Positions 1-8,494 of a stretch of 64,000 nt of DNA are shown here, in pieces. The DNA is from an uncultured Chloroflexia bacterium (lineage in GTDB: Bacteria; Chloroflexota; Anaerolineae; Promineifilales; Promineifilaceae): contig CAVPAL010000010.1 in assembly GCA_963701435.1 (NCBI GenBank), forward strand, positions 200,100-264,099, read 5' to 3'. The notes under the pieces were generated by a model that searched no databases, was not told the origin of the DNA, and saw only the letters and a program-made list of their open reading frames with translations. How positions within the stretch are numbered: position 1 is the first letter of the stretch; every line of letters begins with the position of its first letter. The translations under genes were made by a program, and so were the position numbers.

Positions 1-1566
1 CAAGGCTGGCGCATGTGGGCACCAGTTGTGGCTGCCGGTTTTCTTGGTATTGGCCTCGTTGCTTTGTTTTATGTGCCGTTTTTCAACAGTGGTTATGTAG
101 ACCAAACGGCCGCATACATTGGTCGTCGGATTGGCAGCAGTATACACAACAATTTGTGGACAACCTTTAAACTAACGCTCGTTTACGATTCGATTTATCT
201 CGTGATGATCTTAATCATGGGGGTATCTCTTCACCTATGGGTTTTGGCCTCACGCTTCGGAAATTGGGCAAAAGCTGCGTTGATTGTGTTATTGGTGCTG
301 GGCGAGAGCGCCCTGTTACGACCCAACCTATGGCTCTTTGCAGGTGTTTCGATAGCGATCCTACCCTTCATTCTTCTTTTTGTCGGGGCGTTTTTCGCTC
401 CGAGACAGCGTCTGGAGTTACGTGCGGTATGGGTTTGGATGGCGATACCAAGCCTGTTCTATCTTTTCCTCGTTGAGGAAGCTTATACGCATGTACATAT
501 CTTTTTCACGCCTTGGGCGCTGCTTGCAGCTATCGGGCTGATTGATATGGCCCGCCGCGCCAGGGATTGGTCACTTCGCGAACGACGACTGGGCCTGGCT
601 ACGGGCGGTGTTATTGCTTTTCTGGCGTTAATCTACCCAATAATCATGTTTGTTAACCACGTACCCGAATATCAGCGCACCTTTCCCGAAAACAAATTAT
701 CTATTTTTTGGATACCGTTTGATGAAATGCCGACTGTGGGGCTATTTGGCTTTCCTTACAGGGCAGGTTGGAAAACGGTAAGCCAACTGATGGCAACAGG
801 TCAGTTCGAAGGTGATTATGCGACGAATGAAGAATCTGTTATAACAAGTTACTACACTCGCCACATGGATCGCCGCTATTGCCCAACACCGGATATGTAT
901 ATAACGGCCGTTAACGTCCAAGATGATGCTTTTATACGCTGGGATCAAATCGTGAGTGATTATCACCCTGCCAGTGAAGTAACCGTGGCCGGCATGCCAA
1001 AACTTACTGTGTACAGGCTCACTGCACAGGACGAGACAATGATCATAGACTCAGCTGCTCTGGAAAAGCAATTTGACTTAAGTAACACACCGGCCGCAGT
1101 CTCTTCAGCTTTGCAGAAGCGAACCTCTGCCGAAACAGTGCCGGAGCTGATTGCAAGCAATATTCTGTTTGGCGACTTTGTGAGATTGATTGGTTACCAG
1201 GTGACGCCTACGACGGTGGCGCCAGGTGAGTATGTCACCGTGACGCTATTGTGGGAACCAATCCAGCCAACATCGGTGGCCTACAAACAATTCACCCATC
1301 TTTTTGACGGCGAAACTATGATTGGTCAACTGGACGGACCGCCTTTTTGCGGTATAAGTCCAACGTTTGAGTGGCAGCCAGATGAGCAAATTGTAGATAG
1401 TTATCGTGTACCTGTGCGTACAGAGGCTCCCCAAGGTAACGTCCCTCTGTTGATTGGACTGTATGACGGAACAACATTAGAGCGTTTGCCTGTGACCAAT
1501 GGGGAGGGTGAATTATTGGGCGATATATTTCACCTGACAAATGTAGATGTTAAGCAGAACAGTTGA
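1..1566 (+). CDS. GT-C type (ArnT/PMT, GT39-like) membrane glycosyltransferase, 5'-partial at window edge
   Basis: ORF 13..1566 stays open back to nt 1. It has a run of hydrophobic helices followed by a soluble domain (FGFPYRAGWK...NEESVITSYYTR), as in GT39-like proteins recalled from Chloroflexi. Family assignment is from memory only. Confidence 0.5.
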   Translation, partial: QGWRMWAPVVAAGFLGIGLVALFYVPFFNSGYVDQTAAYIGRRIGSSIHNNLWTTFKLTLVYDSIYLVMILIMGVSLHLWVLASRFGNWAKAALIVLLVLGESALLRPNLWLFAGVSIAILPFILLFVGAFFAPRQRLELRAVWVWMAIPSLFYLFLVEEAYTHVHIFFTPWALLAAIGLIDMARRARDWSLRERRLGLATGGVIAFLALIYPIIMFVNHVPEYQRTFPENKLSIFWIPFDEMPTVGLFGFPYRAGWKTVSQLMATGQFEGDYATNEESVITSYYTRHMDRRYCPTPDMYITAVNVQDDAFIRWDQIVSDYHPASEVTVAGMPKLTVYRLTAQDETMIIDSAALEKQFDLSNTPAAVSSALQKRTSAETVPELIASNILFGDFVRLIGYQVTPTTVAPGEYVTVTLLWEPIQPTSVAYKQFTHLFDGETMIGQLDGPPFCGISPTFEWQPDEQIVDSYRVPVRTEAPQGNVPLLIGLYDGTTLERLPVTNGEGELLGDIFHLTNVDVKQNS

Positions 1567-1820
1567 TCTGGTTACAATGCAAGAGTATTGATATTCTCAG
1601 TTTTTCTACGCCCGAACAAGAAGCAGAAATCGTGACTGCCGATTACATCGTGATCTATATTCATCAGTGGCAACGTGACCTACCTTCTAAATTACTCGCC
1701 GAATTGGAAGGGTAGATCCCACACCATATCATCTGGTTTAATGGTCTGGAATATGTACGCATTTATGCGCTTACCGGAAAAGACTCAGAACAATATGAAG
1801 GAGCGATTCCCTTCACATGA
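1554..1820 (+). pseudogene. Displaced C-terminal tail of the same glycosyltransferase (frame change plus in-frame TAG)
   Basis: A different frame reads ...EIVTADYIVIYIHQWQRDLPSKLLAELEG*IPHHIIWFNGLEYVRIYAL.... There is a TAG at 1713-1715, and the final TGA (1818-1820) overlaps the PAP2 ATG (1817) as ATGA. Confidence 0.45.
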
Positions 1821-2506
1821 ACGCGATAAACTTCACATTACGACCAGAATCACGGCGGCAGCTTATCGTCTGGCTAGCGGCGCTTGGTTTGTTGTTAACG
1901 GCCGTTTCCCTCTTTCTAGAACTGGCCGAAGACATCTGGCTGAATGAAGGTTTTAGCTGGGACATCACCTTGATGCTGGGTATCCACAGCTTGAGCCAGC
2001 CCTGGCTGGATAAGGTTTTTTGGCTGATTACACAAACAGCCGGACCCTTGATCATTCTGCCTTTGGTGGGAACGGCCGTTTGGTTTTGGCGGCATGGTGA
2101 ACGAACAACCGCCATTCTCTTTATGGCTTCATTTGCAGGCGCTCTGCTGCTCAGCGGTTTGCTCAAACTGATCTTTGCCCGGCCTCGCCCCGATTTGTTT
2201 CCGCCACTGGTAGTTGAACACAGCTACAGTTTTCCCAGCGGCCATACCATGTCGGCCATTGCCTATTATGGCCTGCTGGCGCTGGTTCTCTGGCAGCGCG
2301 GGCGGCGGGGTTGGGCCATACTAGCTGGCTTATGGGTTCCGCTGGTGGCGCTGAGCCGCGTTTACCTGGGCGCCCATTACCCCAGCGATGTGCTGGCTTC
2401 TTTGGCTGTCGGCACCATCTGGCTTGTGATTGTCTGGTTTACCTACACCGGACAGCATGTAAACAATACAAACCAGAAATTACTCCAGCGGACACCTGAA
2501 AGGTAA
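1817..2506 (+). CDS. PAP2-family (undecaprenyl/lipid phosphate) phosphatase
   Basis: Contains the PAP2 motifs KLIFARPRP, SFPSGHT and SRVYLGAHYPSDV in a polytopic membrane protein. Confidence 0.85.
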   Translation: MNAINFTLRPESRRQLIVWLAALGLLLTAVSLFLELAEDIWLNEGFSWDITLMLGIHSLSQPWLDKVFWLITQTAGPLIILPLVGTAVWFWRHGERTTAILFMASFAGALLLSGLLKLIFARPRPDLFPPLVVEHSYSFPSGHTMSAIAYYGLLALVLWQRGRRGWAILAGLWVPLVALSRVYLGAHYPSDVLASLAVGTIWLVIVWFTYTGQHVNNTNQKLLQRTPER

Positions 2507-2638
2507 TTTAGGAAATTTCCAGAAAGAATTTGAAAATAAAATCTGTGTCTTCTGTAGTTGTATGATTTGGAAATTGTTCTACACTTTGTGTTGGGATGCG
2601 ATATGGTTCGCACAAACTTGACCCAGGAATGTCAACCT

Positions 2639-3545
2639 ATGCTTTCAGCCCTTGCACGATTTACGCGGCCTCATACGATCATCGCTACCACGATTCAGGT
2701 GGCGTCGCTGTTCTTGATCGCGGGCGGCAGCCAGGTATTATCACCAACCAGCCTGGGTCCCGTGCTGCTTACGCTTATCACCTGTCTCGCTCTCAACATC
2801 TATATTGTCGGACTGAACCAGATCACCGATGTGGAGATCGACCGCATCAACAAGCCGCGTCTACCTCTGGCGTCTTTAGAGATGTCCATGCGTCAGGGTT
2901 GGATTGTGGTGGCGCTCACTGGCCTGGCGGCGCTCGTGGGCGCGACTGGCTGCTGGCTCATTTCTACTGGCGACGGTCTTCATCATCATGTTCATCGGCA
3001 CAATATATTCCGTACCCCCGCTGCGACTGAAGCGTTTCTCGTTCTGGGCGGCTATCAGCATCGCTCTGGCGCGGGGCGTCATTGCGAACGTAGGGGTAGC
3101 TCTGCACTATAACGATATCTTCGGCGGCTTAGTGCATTTCTCTCCGTCCACTTTGGTGGTGATGGCCGCGTTCTTCTTTGGCTTTGGCCTGGTAATCGCC
3201 ATCTACAAAGATATCCCCGACCTGATGGGAGACCAGTTGCACGGCATCCAAACTTTCACTGTGAAGTTGGGGCCCAAAAGAGCGTTTGATCTGGGTCGTC
3301 TCATTTTGACGATCGGCTATGTCGGCGTCATGATCGTTGCTGTTTTCCAACTGCCACGGCCAAATGGCGTCCTGCTGCTGGTTGCCCAGATTGTGGCTCT
3401 TGTCCTCTTCTGGTATGTCAGCAGCCGCGTCGATCCGCGACAAAAAAGTTCTATCGCCCATTTCTACATGTTTCTCTGGAGCTTGTTCTACGCGCAGTAC
3501 ATCATCCTGAGCGTGTATCAAGTTACGAAAGGAATTACCGTATGA
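2639..3545 (+). pseudogene. UbiA-family aromatic prenyltransferase (homogentisate phytyl/solanesyl-transferase-like), split by a frameshift near 2940-2960
   Basis: The first Asp motif NQITDVEIDRINKPRLPLAS is in ORF 2558..3112. The second motif YKDIPDLMGDQLHGIQTFTVKLG is in ORF 2904..3545. Joining them needs a +1 correction. Confidence 0.7.
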
Positions 3546-4504
3546 GTCAACCAGCGCAGCCATCCGTTAGCATATCGGCGTTTAAGCGCATTCGCTATTT
3601 CGTGCGCCTGGGACGGCCGTTACATCTGGCAGGCGGTTTTGTATTCAACGGTCTTGGCATCGCTATAACACTGTTTCTCGGAGTAACCGTCAATTGGACT
3701 GCTGCGGTCTGGTGTCAGCTTGCCATTACGGCGACCCAATTAATGACCCATTACAGCAATGACTACTTCGACCAGGACGCCGATGCCGTGACCCTCACGC
3801 CCACCCGTTGGGCCAGCGGCAGCCGCGTCTTACCCGCAGGGCTGGTTCAACCACGCGCCGCGTTGATAGCGGCGTTGGTTTGCGGCGGCATCGCTCTGGC
3901 GACTACGGCCGTGTTAACCACCATCGTGCCATCCCCATTCTGGACGTTTTGTCTGCTGCTGCTGGCCATCTTTCTGGCCTGGAATTACAGTTCGCCGCCG
4001 CTTTGGCTGAACCGGCGCGGTCTGGGCGAGATCTCCGCCGCCCTGTTAGTTCCGGGATTGACAACGCTGCTTAGTTTCCAGGTGCAAACCGGCCGGCTGG
4101 CTCTGCTGCCCATACTGGCCGTCGTGCCTTTGTGTTTTTTCCAGTTTGCCATGCTGCTCAGCGTCAACTTCCCGGATGCGGCGGGAGATACGCTTGTTAA
4201 CAAACGGACGCTGGTGGTGATTTACGGTGCGAGGCGAACCGCAACCCTGTTTCTGGTAGTTCTGGCGTGTCCTTACCTCCTGCTGCCGCTGCTGGTCTGG
4301 CTGGGCTTGCCGCTGGCCGTAGCGTTTGCCGTTCTGCTGACGCTGCCAATAGCTGCCTGGCAGGGTTGGCGCATTCGCCAGGGCGCCGCTACTGATCCGG
4401 ATCGCTGGGAAGCATTGGCTTTCTGGAGCATTGGGTTGTTGATGACCACGGCGCTGTTGGAAACGGCCGTTTTTCTGGTTCTACGTGTGACTGGTGGGCT
4501 ATAG
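3542..4504 (+). CDS. UbiA-family prenyltransferase (second, intact)
   Basis: Contains the NDYFDQDAD motif and about 8 predicted TM helices. Its start overlaps the previous stop as ATGA. Confidence 0.8.
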   Translation: MSQPAQPSVSISAFKRIRYFVRLGRPLHLAGGFVFNGLGIAITLFLGVTVNWTAAVWCQLAITATQLMTHYSNDYFDQDADAVTLTPTRWASGSRVLPAGLVQPRAALIAALVCGGIALATTAVLTTIVPSPFWTFCLLLLAIFLAWNYSSPPLWLNRRGLGEISAALLVPGLTTLLSFQVQTGRLALLPILAVVPLCFFQFAMLLSVNFPDAAGDTLVNKRTLVVIYGARRTATLFLVVLACPYLLLPLLVWLGLPLAVAFAVLLTLPIAAWQGWRIRQGAATDPDRWEALAFWSIGLLMTTALLETAVFLVLRVTGGL

Positions 4505-4561
4505 GATGGGCGCCGCACTAGACTCCTCTTCGCCTGTGGTCGTGAACCATATCGATGTGAT

Positions 4562-4690
4562 GAGGAATCGGCAGCGTCTAAAGTGAAATTAGCTAGAAAC
4601 CACGAGTTATTCCTGTCAAAAAACACTTGGATTCAAAGTTTTTTCACTTTAGAGTGATTCTAAATTTGAAATAGTGTTGCCGATTACTTA
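4562..4690 (+). repeat. Half copy (hairpin module B) of the 115-bp MITE-like family, interrupted by a nested element
   Basis: GAGGAATCGGCAGCGTCTA ... GAGTGATTCTAAATTTGAAATAGTGTTGCCGATTACTTA aligns to 23368-23425. Confidence 0.75.
4579..4651. mobile_element. Nested ~69-bp inverted-repeat element with TA target duplication
   Basis: TA-AAGTGAAA...TTTCACTT-TA sits where uninterrupted copies read CGTC-TA-GAGCG (41546-41560). Confidence 0.6.
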
Positions 4691-4725
4691 ATGAAACATC
4701 TCTGCTCATAAATGAAAATAAGATT

Positions 4726-4905
4726 ATGAATCAACAGACATTTTTACAACGTCTGGAACTATTCGGTTACTACACATTGCCTCGCACCCACACAGGCAGC
4801 CCTGGCTACAGTGGACTGCTGGTTGTTCTGCGGCAGTTACCACACAATCATGAACGGAAAAGATTCAGTTACGTCTACACAAGTGGGATGCCAAAGCGAT
4901 CATGA
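4726..4905 (+). CDS. Small hypothetical protein (59 aa, below the ORF-track cutoff)
   Basis: ATG at 4726. Its stop overlaps the next ATG as ATGA (4902-4905). No recognisable family. Confidence 0.3.
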   Translation: MNQQTFLQRLELFGYYTLPRTHTGSPGYSGLLVVLRQLPHNHERKRFSYVYTSGMPKRS

Positions 4906-5399
4906 CGCATTTGCATGCCAATATGAATCAACCGCTTTCGCGCGTTGTCTGCCCGGGGCAGATCGTGATTCACAGCTTGCAAGAGCGAGAAGCGACTTTT
5001 TATACCTTTGGCGGCTCACTCGAAAGCGAAGCGCTGCCGGGCGAAACCGTTTTTTCGATCCGATCTGCTGCGCCGGTGCTGGGACTGCTGCCGGATCGGG
5101 TAACAAGTGCCGATTTGCTGGCTGACGAGACAGAATCTTTGTTTGCGCGAGCCAAGGCTCAACAGCAGCTATCCTCTCAGCAACTGCTGGATCGGCTGGT
5201 AAGGGCGGGGTCAGAAGCTGTATATCTGGCGGTCTTGCAATCGTTGCTGTCAGAAGATGACGAGACGGCCGTTCCCCATCACCACCATTACGACTTCATC
5301 AACATGCTCACTCGTGAGCGTAACTGGTACCAAAAGACAGGCCGATGGCCTTTAAATCCACACGATCTCGCCACGCTACTACAAACGGTGGGCGAATAG
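4902..5399 (+). CDS. Hypothetical protein (165 aa)
   Basis: Long ORF with coding-like composition. No family recognised. Confidence 0.5.
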   Translation: MTHLHANMNQPLSRVVCPGQIVIHSLQEREATFYTFGGSLESEALPGETVFSIRSAAPVLGLLPDRVTSADLLADETESLFARAKAQQQLSSQQLLDRLVRAGSEAVYLAVLQSLLSEDDETAVPHHHHYDFINMLTRERNWYQKTGRWPLNPHDLATLLQTVGE

Positions 5400-5424
5400 C
5401 TGTACATTTTTTTGAGGTAGTATC

Positions 5425-5886
5425 ATGAAACGACTCGCTTTCCCTAATCCATTTCCCCATGCGCACCCACCGGTACAGGATGTCAATGAAATTCTGGAGG
5501 AGCAGGCGACGACCGGCGAACGCGCAGCCGATTGGGTAGTAACGGCCGTTGGTTCCTGGCGTTTTATTATCGGCCAAAGCGTTCTGATACTGATATGGAT
5601 CATCCTGAACATAACGGCCTGGGTCAAACATTGGGATCCCTTCCCCTTTATCTTAATGAATCTCGTCCTTTCCATGCAAGCTGCCTTAACGGCGCCTGTG
5701 ATTATGATGAGTCAAAATCGGCAGTCGACACGTGACCGGTTGGAGGCCCAAAATGATTTTCTGATCAACCAAAAAGCCGAAGTGGAAATCAGAGTCATCC
5801 TGGAACATCTAGACGCGCACAACGAGGCGCTGGGGGAGATTTATCATTTGTTAGCCCGGCTGCAAGAAAATCGACAGGGTTTGTGA
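5425..5886 (+). CDS. DUF1003-family membrane protein
   Basis: Two TM helices plus WDPFPFILMNLVLSMQAALTAPVIMMSQNRQ, typical of DUF1003. Confidence 0.8.
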   Translation: MKRLAFPNPFPHAHPPVQDVNEILEEQATTGERAADWVVTAVGSWRFIIGQSVLILIWIILNITAWVKHWDPFPFILMNLVLSMQAALTAPVIMMSQNRQSTRDRLEAQNDFLINQKAEVEIRVILEHLDAHNEALGEIYHLLARLQENRQGL

Positions 5887-5977
5887 TGGCTGTTAGTTCG
5901 CTGCGTAAACAGTTACGGCCGTTTCCTTTTTCTACTACGTTTTAATCTTTTTATTTGAAGAACTTTCTGCGTTATGT

Positions 5978-6082
5978 CTACTCGCTATTTTTCTGCTGCC
6001 GTTTTTGAACCTGGGGCACAAGAATGGCGATTAGCAACAGCGCCAGAAACATTGACAATACAAATGCGCCTATTAAATCCAT
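5978..6082 (-). CDS. Candidate 34-aa hydrophobic peptide MDLIGAFVLSMFLALLLIAILVPQVQKRQQKNSE
   Basis: AGGAG lies about 8 nt upstream of the ATG. The peptide has a single TM helix and a basic tail. It is below the ORF-track cutoff. Confidence 0.3.
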   Translation of the reverse strand: MDLIGAFVLSMFLALLLIAILVPQVQKRQQKNSE

Positions 6083-6101
6083 GGGTTTCTCCTGAAAATA
6101 G

Positions 6102-6154
6102 CCTCCCGGAGGTTTCGTTTATGATGAGCGTTCCCGATGAAAACCTCCGGGAGG
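6102..6154 (-). other. Perfect 14-bp stem hairpin between the recombinase stop and the small ORF
   Basis: CCTCCCGGAGGTTT (6102-6115) pairs with AAACCTCCGGGAGG (6141-6154), leaving a 25-nt loop. Confidence 0.6.
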
Positions 6155-6214
6155 TTGGTTTTCATCGCTTTTGGTGTGCGGAACGCTCATGTCAACTCCT
6201 GGTTGAATTTTTCT

Positions 6215-7303
6215 TTATTCTATCCCATTTTGTTGCAGTTGGGCAGCTTCTGTGGGGGAAATATCGACATTATCCAGCCATTCGGCGACGATGTGGACGC
6301 CCAGCACAGGCGCGTAAATATTTCGTGTAGTTGACACATCGGCGTGTCCCAGATACTCCTGTACGACCTCAAGCGGCATACCTTCACGCAGCAGTTGTGT
6401 CGCGCGAAAATGCCTGAAATCATGCGCCGAAATACTGTCGTGCAGGTGCAGGGCGCGCACTGCTTTTTTGACGATATTGTGCGCCGAGGTCATAGTCAGG
6501 CGCGCGTTTTTTGCGTTGCGGCTGTGGGAAACAAACAGCGCCGGATTGCTGTCACGCCGCTCGTTCAGATAGGTCACAATCGCCTGGCGCGCGTAATCGC
6601 GCACAAAAATGGTGCGCGGTTTGCTGCCTTTGCCCATGATGGTGGCAAATTCGGAACGGCCGTTATCGACGCTGTGCCGGTTCAGAGCAACTACTTCAGA
6701 GATGCGCGCGGCGGTTGAATACAGCACTTTGACCAGCATACGGTCACGCAAAAGCGACAAACGCCGGTTGTATTTGTCATTTTCCGGCGGCAGCGGTAGT
6801 TCGTCGTAGTAGCTGATGATTTTGGGGATTTCCTGGCGGGCGTGATCTAGATCAATGACGGTTTCGGCCTGATTGCGCTCAATCTGGCGGCGCGACATCT
6901 GGCGCTGTAGTTTGCCAAGCTGCACCCCCGGCGGCAGTTCGTCCTGGCCGTCCAGATAGTGCAAATAACCAACAACGGCGGCCATGTAGGTTGTCACGGT
7001 GGCGCGGGAACGGTTGGCCAGCAGCCAGTTGCGGAAATTGAGCAGAACGGCCGTTGTGAGCCGCTCAGGCGTCAATGGCCAGACATCCTCGTTGGAAAAG
7101 CCCGCTTTTTGAAAATGCTGCAGCCAGTCGGCAAACAGGCGCAGCCCGCTGCGATAGGTGCTTTCCGTTTTCCAACTGCGCGCGCCCGCTTCCAATAAAA
7201 AACTCGTTTCATAGAGCCAGGCGGGTTCAGCGGGTAACGGCCGTTCTGAAATCGGTAAGGTTTTTTGCCGGTTTGATCCACCCATTTCATTTGATCCACC
7301 CAT
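6215..7303 (-). CDS. Tyrosine recombinase/integrase (XerC/D-phage integrase family)
   Basis: C-terminal catalytic region ...ARISEV...HDFRHFRATQLLREGMPLEVVQEYLGHADVSTTRNIYAPV. There are two in-frame ATGs (7303, 7285) from a tandem duplication. Confidence 0.85.
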   Translation of the reverse strand: MGGSNEMGGSNRQKTLPISERPLPAEPAWLYETSFLLEAGARSWKTESTYRSGLRLFADWLQHFQKAGFSNEDVWPLTPERLTTAVLLNFRNWLLANRSRATVTTYMAAVVGYLHYLDGQDELPPGVQLGKLQRQMSRRQIERNQAETVIDLDHARQEIPKIISYYDELPLPPENDKYNRRLSLLRDRMLVKVLYSTAARISEVVALNRHSVDNGRSEFATIMGKGSKPRTIFVRDYARQAIVTYLNERRDSNPALFVSHSRNAKNARLTMTSAHNIVKKAVRALHLHDSISAHDFRHFRATQLLREGMPLEVVQEYLGHADVSTTRNIYAPVLGVHIVAEWLDNVDISPTEAAQLQQNGIE

Positions 7304-7440
7304 TGTTAATAAATTAAGCTAATCATACTTAGTTTAAGTATGAAAGTCAAATAGAACAACTGCTATGACCCCTGCCCCTATGAGACGGAAGACGAGTCAC
7401 GCCAGACGGAAATATTGCTCCTTCGTCGCCAGCGTCACGG

Positions 7441-8196
7441 TCAAAGATTGTCTGCAATTTGAGTTGGTTCGCCCCCAAAAACAAGCTGCACAAAGCGCGC
7501 CAGCAGCGCGTTGGCTGCGTGGCTTTCTTGAAAACCGGCTAACGTGGCTTCGATCACTTCCGGGCTCATTGTTTTTGTATAACCGTCCATATAAATTTTG
7601 AAACGGCCGAGATTGGTTTCACGGGTAAGCTCTGGGTGAAACTGGGTCGCCCAAATTGATTTGCCGGGTATGCGCAGAGCCTGATATGGCGACAATTTGC
7701 TGGAGGCCAGATTGAGAACGCCATCAGGCAATTTTGCGGCGCGATCTTTGTGGCCCAATTGGGCTTGAAAAGTGGGTGGCAGCGTACAAAATAACGCATC
7801 TGCCTGCCCTGCCGGGGTCAGCGCCAGCGGAAAAGTGCCCACTTCCATGCGCTCGGGATCATAGATGATTTTGCCGCCTAGCGCCTGCACCATTAGTTGA
7901 AAGCCAAAGCAAGAGGCGAATGTGGGATGCCCCTCCTCCACCACGGCGCGCAACAGTTCGAGAACGGCCGAATGCCCCGGCAAATTTCCCTTCGATACAT
8001 AATAATCGCCGCTGCCGCCTACCATCAAGGCATCGTATCGTTTGACATCCAATAAAGTCGGGGTGCTTGTTAACAAATCGAAAGGCACGATTTGTGCTAC
8101 TGATAGCCCTGTCAATTTTGCAAATGATTCGCGTTCTTCGCGCAAGGCAAAATCTTGCTGATGGCGCGCCTGTAATAATAATATTTTAATACTCAT
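7441..8196 (-). CDS. Class I glutamine amidotransferase-like protein
   Basis: Nucleophile elbow SCFGFQLM and a HPE motif (ATQFHPE). Confidence 0.8.
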   Translation of the reverse strand: MSIKILLLQARHQQDFALREERESFAKLTGLSVAQIVPFDLLTSTPTLLDVKRYDALMVGGSGDYYVSKGNLPGHSAVLELLRAVVEEGHPTFASCFGFQLMVQALGGKIIYDPERMEVGTFPLALTPAGQADALFCTLPPTFQAQLGHKDRAAKLPDGVLNLASSKLSPYQALRIPGKSIWATQFHPELTRETNLGRFKIYMDGYTKTMSPEVIEATLAGFQESHAANALLARFVQLVFGGEPTQIADNL

Positions 8197-8494
8197 AGAT
8201 TGTTTTCATTCTATCGGGTCATTTGCTGCATGACCTCAACATGTTATTGATGCTGAAGTATAACGGCCGTTTCCTATCTTATGCCACCTTTTTGTCAATC
8301 AACTTGGTTACGCAATATCAATCGCGCCTACCGCCTACCCTTCTTCCTTGACTTGCCTGTCTGTTTGATCAATAATTTTACCAAAGTCGATCATCCGGAC
8401 TGACTTTAAGTGGGCATAGGTGGAGGATTACCCCTGGCGCACTTTCCACCAGGGGGAGTTTGCCCGAACCGGAGCCGCCCAAAAGGATAACATC

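Noticed and set aside
6215-7303. The recombinase as a marker of a prophage or integrative element.
   Set aside because: There are no phage, conjugation or excisionase genes around it. There is no adjacent tRNA gene, and I found no flanking direct repeats by eye.
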